Of a DNA stretch of 64,000 nt, positions 1 through 8,306 are shown in pieces. The notes under the pieces are model-generated. The model did no database searches, was not told the origin of the DNA, and saw only the letters and a list, made by a program, of their open reading frames with translations. A program made the position numbers and the translations under genes. The stretch is from Dehalococcoidia bacterium (GTDB lineage Bacteria; Chloroflexota; Dehalococcoidia; Lucifugimonadales; UBA3495): assembly GCA_965222025.1 (NCBI GenBank), contig CBDCTI010000009.1, positions 343,749 through 407,748 on the forward strand, in the 5' to 3' direction. Positions within the stretch are counted from its first letter, which is position 1. Each line of letters starts with the position of its first letter.

Positions 1-184
1 TGGGAATACCTGACCAATGAGAATTTAGCTGGTCCTAGCGAAGGCAACCATCCCTGAGTGGCGCGGTTAAGGTATGCGCTCCCACTATCTGGAATATCCG
101 GCAGGCCCCAAGTCCGTACGGGCCGAGTGGCCCACCGGGTGCCAGGATTTCCCGGCCGGCCAAATCGTGGTAATGAACAGGAAA

Positions 185-436
185 TTATCTGAACCACTGC
201 TCTTCGATAAGACGATGTAGCCACTCCTGACCTTCTAGCACTTCACCCAAACCCATGAAACCGTGACTGCCCAAGCTACCTGCCGGAGTGGAATCTAATT
301 CGGTGATTTTGCGGTCAAGGACGACGGGATGTTCCCATCGATCGCCCAGTTCAGAACGCTCCCCGGACAGATTTGCGAGGTTGATTGAAACATTGCCCGC
401 ACTGGTGAACGATAGTACTATGGATTTTGCTGACAA
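185..436 (-). CDS. hypothetical protein (83 aa)
   Basis: Open frame only, divergent from the 512..1426 gene; no recognisable motif. Confidence 0.2.
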   Translation of the reverse strand: MSAKSIVLSFTSAGNVSINLANLSGERSELGDRWEHPVVLDRKITELDSTPAGSLGSHGFMGLGEVLEGQEWLHRLIEEQWFR

Positions 437-511
437 TGACGGGTTGGTGTTGGATCCAGTCTCCTTATTGTGGAGAATCCAACCAAAGGCCCAGCACAGG
501 GAGGCGGAGTA

Positions 512-1426
512 ATGCTTTCACACAACTACACGTACCAAGAATGTCTGGACATCTCGAAGAGGGTCTCGTGGCTGGAAGACGATGTCTTGGCAGACAAGAA
601 TTTCGACTTCTCTAAACGCTTTCTACCCAATAGGTTGGCCGGTGTGGACGAGATCGGATGTTTGAACGACAACGAGAAACTTCTCTTGAATCAAATCATG
701 GGTAACGCCTACTGCCACATCTTCGCGTTCGTGGAGGAGTTTATCATTCCCACCGTCGCGGAAGAGGCAATGAAGGATGTCTATGGGGATGAAGTCAGGG
801 CCCGATCGTTGTTGAGGTTTGCGGAGGAAGAGTTCAAGCATCAGGAACTGTTTAGAAGATCGGTTGAACTCTTCGGCCAAGGTTTCGGCATTGAGTGCGG
901 CTTGATCCCTGGCCGGGAAGAGGTTGCGAAAGTAGTCCGGAGCAAGTCGAAGCTGGCCGTCATGGTCCTGACCGCGATTATCGAATGGTTCACCCAGCTC
1001 CACTACATTGAGCATGTGCGCGACAACTCGGACCTCGACGGGCTGTTCCAGGACCTCTTGAGATACCATTGGCTGGAAGAGGCGCAGCATGCCAAGCTGG
1101 ACACGTTGCTGATCGGCGAAGTTGCCGAGGACTTGACCCTTGAAGAGCGGGAGGCAGCAATCGATGAGGTTCTTGAGCTCGGCGGGGCGATCGACGGGCT
1201 CCTGGCACAGCAGGTTGGGCTGAACATAGAGGCTCTTGAGAAGGCGACAGGACGGACGTTCACAGCTGCTGAGAAAGAGGACATCACGACGAACTCCCAG
1301 CGGGCGTGTCGTTGGACCTTCCTCGTATCGGGATTGCAGCACCCGAACATCGTCAAAGCGATCGGTGAGCTGACTAAATCAGGGCCAGGGAAAGTTGAGG
1401 GCGTCGCTGCAGCACTTTCAGCATAG
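512..1426 (+). CDS. ferritin-like di-iron carboxylate protein (AurF-like oxygenase family)
   Basis: ORF 470..1426; ATG at 512 preceded by GGGAGG; paired E...ExxH motifs (VEEF...EEEFKH; IIEW...EEAQH) in a helical ~300-aa protein. Confidence 0.55.
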   Translation: MLSHNYTYQECLDISKRVSWLEDDVLADKNFDFSKRFLPNRLAGVDEIGCLNDNEKLLLNQIMGNAYCHIFAFVEEFIIPTVAEEAMKDVYGDEVRARSLLRFAEEEFKHQELFRRSVELFGQGFGIECGLIPGREEVAKVVRSKSKLAVMVLTAIIEWFTQLHYIEHVRDNSDLDGLFQDLLRYHWLEEAQHAKLDTLLIGEVAEDLTLEEREAAIDEVLELGGAIDGLLAQQVGLNIEALEKATGRTFTAAEKEDITTNSQRACRWTFLVSGLQHPNIVKAIGELTKSGPGKVEGVAAALSA

Positions 1427-1588
1427 CACCAGAGCCCCAGGCGGTCGCTTGGGCGTCTGACGGCCCTGATTTCGCAACGTCCGGCCAGGACCAATGCCTC
1501 CATTACTACTGAAACCATACCGAAATTAAGACCGGAAGTACCGAATCGGTGTCAGTGTGGCTGTAGTACCACTACAGTCTCAGACTAG

Positions 1589-1732
1589 TATTACAACAAC
1601 GGTTTATCTGGCAGGGTGAATTTCGCGAGCGATTTGGATCTGAACCGCGCTGCTATGAGCGTAACGCGATTCCTCGCTCGTGTCCGAATATAAAGGATCA
1701 GACACCATATTTGGCAATCTGTCGTTGTAATA
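1589..1732. mobile_element. 144-bp MITE with IS701-like terminal inverted repeats
   Basis: TATTACAACAACGG at 1589 and CTGTCGTTGTAATA ending at 1732; flanked by CTAG (1585..1588) and CTGG; termini match the IS701-like elements at 45054 and 47946; no ORF. Confidence 0.6.
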
Positions 1733-1764
1733 CTGGGAGCACGTAAACTCAGGGCATTTGAGGT

Positions 1765-2307
1765 TCATGCGGTGAGGCTGTGGCAGGGGATGGAGTGGCA
1801 GAAGTGGCCCGGTCGGCCGAGGGCATTGGTCAGGTGCACCGGCGCATCTCGGGAAGGTTCCGGCGGCCAGAGCCGCGGCGGCGGGTGCTGGTCTACTTTG
1901 CGAGGATTGCTCTGTCCAGTGAAGCGCAAGAACAGCTTGGGGACCTTGGGGGCTCTGATGCGTGCGGCAGGCGACGAGTCGATCAGATTCCAGGCGTCGC
2001 ACCCACTAAGCCAGGTACAGATGGCTTGCCAGCGTGTGCGGATAGAACGAGGCTTTAAACCTCGTTCTTTCATGAAACCTAAGTGCCCAAGGACATGCAG
2101 AGGGATCAGGTCTCTTAGTGTCTGACATTGGGGGTCTAGGTCGTTGAGGAACAGCCGGACTTCCCGGGGGTAGACCCTTATATTCGCGTTTGTACTGCCT
2201 TCGATGCGGTGGTGCCGGAGGTAGTCTTCAAGAACTTCAGGTAACCTCTGGGTCATCCCCAAAGCTGGCTCAGTTTTGCGACCCGAATTGACCGCTGTGG
2301 CATCCAT
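1765..2307 (-). pseudogene. tyrosine recombinase, N-terminal (SAM-like) fragment
   Basis: MTQRLPEVLEDYLRHHRIEGSTNANIRVYPREVRLFLNDL... resembles Xer/phage-integrase N-domains; the catalytic domain is missing and the frame degenerates toward the MITE. Confidence 0.5.
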
Positions 2308-2515
2308 CCATAGTTTGCCGACTCTGGACGCCTATTTTGTAGCTATTGGCTCCCCGAGCAGACGCCATTACATCGTACTCTCTAGACCCACCACAACCCG
2401 TACTGTAGCCATATATGGGGTATTCCAGCTACTATATTGCCTTATTTCCGTTCCTTGACATTCCGCCTTGTACTTCCTTTTATCACTCGTAAAGTGATAT
2501 CTGAGGTGGTATCTA

Positions 2516-3673
2516 TGGATCGTCCAAAGCGACTATCGTCGGCGTTTGTCCAAACCGTTACCGCAACCGGGCCGGTATGGAGACGGGCGGGGCGGCTTCG
2601 GCCTATCCCTGATGGTGAAGCCCACCAACTCGGGTCGTGTTTCCCGGAGTTGGGCGCAGCGACTAAGGATCAACGGAGTAGCTTTTAACATCGGCCTGGG
2701 CAGTTTCCCCGGTGTGACTTTATCGGAGGCCCGGAAAAGGGCGCTGGCGAATCTTCGTGTCGTAGAGGGTGGGGGCGATCCCCGGCGAAAACCACAGACT
2801 ACGCCGGCGTTCGAAGAGAGCCTAGAGCAGACTATAGAAGTCCTGCGCCCCAGCTGGCGCAACGCCAAGACGGAGAAGAATCTGAGGGCCGTTATGGGCG
2901 AGTACGTACTACCCGTCATCGGACGCAAGCCCGTAGAGGGCATCACTACCGCCGACGTGCTAGGATTTCTGGCGCCTATCGCCTTGAATAAACCCGCGAC
3001 TGCCAAGAAAATCAAAATCGGGCTGTCTCAGACGTTCAAATGGGCGATAGCTCAAGGGCTTCGGTCAGACAATCCCGCCGACCAGAACATCGCGGCGGCT
3101 ATGCCCAAGCTCAGCACGAAATAACACCATCGAGCGCTGCCGCCCAGGGAAGTTGGCAGGGCGGTCCAGACCCTACGGGATTCGAGCGCTTGGCTCGGCA
3201 CAAAGCTGGCTTTTGAGTTTCTTGTCTTGACGGCTTCCCGCAGAGGCGAAGCACGGCTAGCGGAATGGAGCGAGATTGACTTGGAAGCAGCCCTATGGAC
3301 GATTCCAGCGGAGCGTATGAAATCGGGCCGTGAGCATCGCATACCGTTGTCTGCCGCGGCTCTGGCGGTCCTGGAGGCTGCCCGTCAGCTTTCCGATGGT
3401 ATCGGGATGGTATTCCCGTCTAGCACGGGGCGGGCGCTGTCAGATAACACGCTTTCCAAACTGCTGAGGGAGAATGGCATAGCCGCCGTTCCGAACGGAT
3501 TCCGCTGCAGCTTTCGGGATTGGTGCGCAGAACAGAACATAGACCGACAAGTTGCCGAATCCGCCCTAGCCCACACAGTAGGCGATGCCACGGAAAGCGC
3601 ATATCTTCGCTCCGACGTGCTGGCACTCCGGCGGGCCGCAATGGAATCTTGGTCGGTATTTTTGACCAAGTGA
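2516..3673 (+). pseudogene. P4-type (DUF4102-arm) tyrosine integrase, inactivated
   Basis: N-terminus MDRPKRLSSAFVQTV is in another frame than GRYGDGRGGFGLSLMV... (frameshift near 2570). In-frame TAA at 3122..3124. C-terminus ...PNGFRCSFRDWCAE...LAH...SAYLRSD has Asn where the family has HGFR. Confidence 0.8.
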
Positions 3674-3764
3674 GAGACTTGTAGCTGTATTATCTGGTCA
3701 GTGTACCTTTGTGACCTCGCGCAGAATTTGCGTGGGTTTTTCCTTTGCCTCGCAGAGAGGGTGT

Positions 3765-4025
3765 ATGAGCAAACTTCCTACGGTTCGCTGAAGCCGTGGA
3801 TCCAAGGGAATTGGCCGCTTCCAGCTGTACAGCAAATTGAAGCGTGGCGAGTTCCCGGCGTCGGTACAGGTCGGCCAGAAATCGGTGAGATTTCCCGCTG
3901 ACGCTGCTCAGGAATGGATCTACAACCTTCCCACGCGCTCCGGTTTGCAAAAAGACGACCACACGGAACCTTTGGAGTCCTAGGGATGAATTCATCCCGT
4001 ACATCCGATCCCACCAAACAAGATG
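3765..4025 (+). pseudogene. AlpA/excisionase-like HTH remnant
   Basis: ATG 3765, in-frame TGA at 3789..3791, then ...GRFQLYSKLKRGEFPASVQVGQKSVRFPADAAQEWIYNLP, which resembles AlpA-family HTH proteins. Confidence 0.35.
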
Positions 4026-4475
4026 ATGCGTGGGGTGACCAACTCTCCTCCGCTGGCATTCTCGAAAGGCCTGGCTGGCCCGACATTAACGAGCGGCACA
4101 AGATCTCTCCAGCCAAGACTCGTTTGGTCAAGTTGTCTCCCCCCGAGTGTCCTTTGCCGCCACAAACTATTTCGGGCGGAAGCGTTGACCCAGTGCTGCT
4201 CGGAATCTCTGGGGAACATAGCCAAAGAGTACCGGTTTGGGTATTCCACAATGCGGCGGGCAATGACGCTGCTGGTGGACCTCGGGCAGTCGCACAAAGT
4301 GCGAGCCCGAAAATTTCGGGCCAGGTGATCCAACGTATGCGCCCCAGTTACACGCATGCCACATCTTATCGTTCTCATCGCTCAGATAGCAGAAAAGGAG
4401 GCGCCAGTTGTTCTCGCAGCGGGCACCAAATAAAAGAAACGAAGAATGTTGGTGGTATCAGTCAAAAAAAGCGTA

Positions 4476-4500
4476 GAAATTCTTTCTTCGAAAGAATTTC
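4476..4500. other. AT-rich hairpin (11-bp stem, 3-nt loop)
   Basis: GAAATTCTTTC-TTC-GAAAGAATTTC; A7 run 5 nt upstream on the plus strand (a T-run after the hairpin on the minus strand). Confidence 0.3.
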
Positions 4501-5126
4501 AAAGATATGGTGACCTAGAATTGAATCACCCATAAACATTCGTTATACCGCTCTGAGCGAGCACAACGTATAAAATCGGCCCGACCATTCAAGCCCCAGA
4601 GCACAGATGGACCCAAGATGTTCCTGGGTGCGTCTGTGGCTGGGGCTTGCCCTAGGCAACAGCCCTGGGCCGTCTCAAGTGAGTCAGGCGAACCATCCGC
4701 CTCGAGATGCCACCGCCTGAGTTCCTGTGCCATTCCTGCTGTGCGGCACAGACTGCGGCGTCGATTGAGGCGCAGGATGAATGAACACGGAGAAAGGCAA
4801 TCGAAGCTATGGACAGATCAAAACAACAGTTTAGCAAGGTGTTGGAGCGAAGTGAGATCGCCTTTAAAGCCGCAACCCGATGCCGTTCAGGGCGAGAGGG
4901 GTTTCCCTTACTCTTGTGATGGACCCTGCTGAAATTGCATCCAAACTTGACCCCGCCGCACCTCGGGTCGGCGCTGCGGCGATTCAACCGGCCCTGGCCG
5001 ACTAGCCAGCAAGCGAGAGGGACAAAGAGAGGACAAATGGAGACATCCGATTGCCTCGAACATACTTATTCTAGGACCTGATCCCTCCGCACATCCGCAG
5101 TCATTGGCGGGAACAAAGGGGACTAG

Positions 5127-6688
5127 CAGCCCGTCTGAGGATTGACCGACTGGCGGTGTCGGTCAGCCGGGACTACCCTGCGACAACGGTTCTGGCGGGG
5201 TGCGGGTAGGCACCTGCGGATTGTCGCTTGAAAATCCCACTGCCCATGGACCGGCGCGTCTCCCTGTCGTTCCCAGTGGCGCCTTTTCCCCTCGCCTTGA
5301 CGAACATCCCGGCCCCATACCGGAACAGCTTCAGCAGGTTGTGGCCGGCGCAGATGATCAGCCACTCCCGGTTCACCTTAGCCAGACCCCGCAGCAGGAA
5401 CTGCCGGAAGCCCCGGCCCTGCTTGATCTGCCCGAATACCGGTTCCACCGTCTCCATCCGAAGCGCGTAGCGTTCCCTGCCCCGTTTCGTCCGCAGCTTG
5501 CGCCGCATCCGGTCCTTGGCTGACAGCCCCTTCGGTATGCGGCCACGGGGCGCCGGTGGCGGCACCCAGCCGTGGCGGGTCCTCTCCGGCGCGACGAACG
5601 GGTCCACTCCCAGGGCGTAGAGTTCCTCCACCGCCTTGGCCGAGTAGTATCCGGCGTCGGCGGAGACTTCCTTTGGGACTGTGCCCACGTTCAGGATGGC
5701 CTCCTCAATCATGCTCACGGCCTGATCCTTGTCCGAGGGCTGATCGGTGGCACAGGCCGCCACGATCACCTGATGCTCGCTGTCCACCACCGCCTGGCAG
5801 TTGTAGGACTGCTGGAAGTCCCTCCCTCCCGGGCCGGGCATGATCCGGGAGTCCGGGTCGGTGAAGTTCCGCTGCGCCTTGTCATCAGGCACCCCGAGAT
5901 GATTGCGTCCCTCGGACTCAGCCTGCTCCGCATCCGCCAGGGCCTCGGCCTCCAGCGCCGCCTTGGCCTCCCTTATCTTCCGCAACCGTCCCTCCCGGAA
6001 GGCCAGTTCCTCCGGCAACTCATCCCCACGCCTGTCCTTCCCGTACCGGCGGTCCTCCTCCTCGTCCACCTCCTGCGCCTTGCGGAGCAACTCGTCCACC
6101 TCGGCCTGCAACCGCGCTTCCTTCTCCTTCATCCGCCCGTAGCTCATCGCCTTGTGCTTTGAGGCATTGGCCCTCACCTTGGTCCCGTCCAGCGCCACGT
6201 GCCCCAGCTTTACCAGTCCTGCCTGCTGGCACAACTCCAGCACCTGCAGGAACAATTCCCCCAACGCCTCCAGATGGTCCTTTCGGAAGTCGGAGACGGT
6301 GCGGAAGTCCGGCGTGTTGTTCGCCGCCAGCACCCGGTAGGCGATGTCCTCGTGCAGCCTCTGGGCGATGCGACGTGAGGAGGCCACGCCGGTGCAGTAG
6401 CCGTAGAGCAGCACCTTCACCATCATCCTGGGATGGTAGGGCGGGCCGCCCCGCCTCTCCTGCTCGTAGCGGGCGGTGATGTCCGAGAGGTCCAACTGGT
6501 CCGCAACGTCGGAGATGAAGTAGGCCAAGTGCTCCGGCGGCAGCCATTCCTGGAGGGCCGCCGGCAGCAGCAACTGCTGGTCCGGGTCGTAGGGAAGGTA
6601 GGTCTTGCTCATTGACCGCTCCGATCGTCTGATGCTCCGTACCATCATACCCCCAACGGCTCACCAACCCCGTTTCTCGGACGGGCTG
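5127..6688 (-). mobile_element. IS1182-like insertion sequence, copy 1 (1562 bp)
   Basis: Terminal inverted repeats CAGCCCGTC(T/C)GAG; flanked by CTAG at 5123..5126 and 6689..6692; near-identical copy at 34927..36490. Confidence 0.9.
5173..6648 (-). CDS. IS1182-family DDE transposase (491 aa, intact)
   Basis: MSKTYLPYDPDQQLLLP...GGPPYHPRMMVKVLLYGY...LDGTKVRANASKHKAMSYGRM, central coiled-coil region, C-terminal DDE region. Confidence 0.9.
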   Translation of the reverse strand: MMVRSIRRSERSMSKTYLPYDPDQQLLLPAALQEWLPPEHLAYFISDVADQLDLSDITARYEQERRGGPPYHPRMMVKVLLYGYCTGVASSRRIAQRLHEDIAYRVLAANNTPDFRTVSDFRKDHLEALGELFLQVLELCQQAGLVKLGHVALDGTKVRANASKHKAMSYGRMKEKEARLQAEVDELLRKAQEVDEEEDRRYGKDRRGDELPEELAFREGRLRKIREAKAALEAEALADAEQAESEGRNHLGVPDDKAQRNFTDPDSRIMPGPGGRDFQQSYNCQAVVDSEHQVIVAACATDQPSDKDQAVSMIEEAILNVGTVPKEVSADAGYYSAKAVEELYALGVDPFVAPERTRHGWVPPPAPRGRIPKGLSAKDRMRRKLRTKRGRERYALRMETVEPVFGQIKQGRGFRQFLLRGLAKVNREWLIICAGHNLLKLFRYGAGMFVKARGKGATGNDRETRRSMGSGIFKRQSAGAYPHPARTVVAG

Positions 6689-6692
6689 CTAG

Positions 6693-6837
6693 TATTACAA
6701 CGACGCTTCCATAATCTAGTCAGTTTTTGGTCGGAAATCGCTTCGCGAAAGGCAAGGCCGCAAGGCTGTCACGGGCGTGGGCAGGTCGCTATGAAGAGGT
6801 ACTCAGGGTCCCTTTCTTGCGAAGCGTCGTTGTAATA
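6693..6837. mobile_element. 145-bp MITE with IS701-like terminal inverted repeats
   Basis: Perfect 17-bp TIR TATTACAACGACGCTTC at both ends; CTAG on both sides (6689..6692, 6838..6841); no ORF. Confidence 0.7.
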
Positions 6838-6844
6838 CTAGGCT

Positions 6845-7203
6845 AAGGGACCCCTTTTCGATTCCCGCTGATCGCCGGTGGGGCCGAGGCCTCTTTCGTG
6901 CAATAAGGAGAAACATGTCTGAAGGACCTACAGCCCTTCCAGATCCGTTTCCTGCAGGGCTCCCTGACGCTTGGGATGGAGACAGCTGCTGCGCCCCCCA
7001 GTGCTGCTACCAGCAGGCAACTCTATACCTCCAGTGGCCTCCAGGATCACGGCCGTTGGCGAGAGTTCCTGGAGTTGGCCAACCAAGACTTCCACGTCAT
7101 CATCGTCGTATGACGTCCTCCAAGTTCGGTCCAACGGACGGACAGCCATGTCCATTCTCTCCTTGGCGACGTCAATGCCAATGAAGAAGGATTCCGGTTC
7201 CAT
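6845..7203 (-). pseudogene. IS110-family (DEDD) transposase, 5' fragment
   Basis: MEPESFFIGIDVAKERMDMAVRP...VILEATGGIELP is the typical IS110 N-terminus; the frame is then lost and the sequence ends at the MITE. Confidence 0.6.
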
Positions 7204-7468
7204 GATCACCTCTCCGTGGTGTTGGCCCACCCTTTCAGATACGGGCTTGATCGCCTTGGCAGCAGTCCGGGCTCTATAGGGAAGAGTGCGGCGACCCTCG
7301 CTTTTCGAGGGTCTCTAAGTACCAATGTCCGGTCGGTCTGCCGCACCAGGGGACAATCCGTTAATTCAATATCGCCACACCCCCAAAGATACAAGTCTGG
7401 GAACTTCCCTACCGCACATTTGCCGATTTATATTAAAAGTGGGGTGGATCAAAAGTCGGAGGTACAAG

Positions 7469-7675
7469 ATGACGACTGGAGGTTCCAAAATGCTCAAGGA
7501 AGGGGAAGTTGTGGATTTGACTGGCCTAAGCAGGTCTACCATCCGCAGGCGCATGTCGGATGCCGACTTTCCTTTACCCCGGAGATTGGGCCCGAAGGCT
7601 ATACGGTGGTACAAGGACGAGGTCGATGAGTGGCTTGCAGCTCAACCCCTTGGAGGTAGGGACGATCGCGCCTAG
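7469..7675 (+). CDS. AlpA-family HTH regulator / excisionase-like protein
   Basis: ATG 7469 with GGAGG 5-10 nt upstream; ...VVDLTGLSRSTIRRRMSDADFPLPRRLGPKAIRWYKDEVDEWL. Confidence 0.7.
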   Translation: MTTGGSKMLKEGEVVDLTGLSRSTIRRRMSDADFPLPRRLGPKAIRWYKDEVDEWLAAQPLGGRDDRA

Positions 7676-7749
7676 ATAGGCAACAATCGAACAGGCACAA
7701 GTTACAGGCCGGCACTTCGTCGCTCGCCGGTACTGATAGGACTCGCAAG

Positions 7750-7774
7750 CCACCCGATCGACCGGGTGGTTTTT
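7750..7774 (+). terminator. rho-independent terminator candidate
   Basis: CCACCCG-ATCGAC-CGGGTGG followed by TTTTTGTCTTTT, 75 nt after the AlpA-like stop. Confidence 0.5.
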
Positions 7775-8005
7775 GTCTTTTCGCAGTTGATCAACGACAA
7801 TTAATCCTGCCGGTCCCCTTGCCTCACCGGAGAAGTTACGGACGGAATCGTAAGCCAACTGCGCACCATGGTCCGCGCCGCCCTCAACTTTGAGAAGCGG
7901 CAGCTTGGTGACCGACCCTGCTAGAAAGGGATGAATCTGAACATAGCCATAATTCCGCACACCGTAGTATCATGCCACCTTGCCAGAACCGGGGGCCAGC
8001 GAAAG

Positions 8006-8167
8006 ATGAGCGGAAGACTGTTCGGATACGTCCGCGTGTCGGTGGCCAGCGACGCTGACGCCAACAACCTGGAGAACCAGCGCCGGGTGCTGGCCGACTG
8101 TGAGCAGGTCGTCAGGATGTGTGCGGCGGGGCCTCTGGGAACCGGTCTCTCGAGAGAGACAGCGTGA
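8006..8167 (+). pseudogene. serine recombinase (resolvase) N-terminal stub
   Basis: MSGRLFGYVRVSVASDADANNLENQRRVLADCEQV is a resolvase catalytic-Ser region; only about 50 aa remain. Confidence 0.5.
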
Positions 8168-8306
8168 ATGTCTGGGCTACGGGGCCCGGCTCGACGTAGG
8201 GAACGAGGATTGACGAGTTGAACCCTGTGAGTCGACACTGAATGATGGCTATTTGACCACCCGGCGTTCTGGGCTCAGGCGCCCAATCAACTCAGCGGTG
8301 CAAGAC

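Noticed and set aside
4150-4328. A possible GntR-like winged-helix segment (...SLGNIAKEYRFGYSTMRRAMTLLVDLG...) in ORF 4023..4328
   Set aside because: The resemblance covers only about 40 aa. The rest of the ORF looks non-coding, and several overlapping frames are equally open. It is too weak to call.
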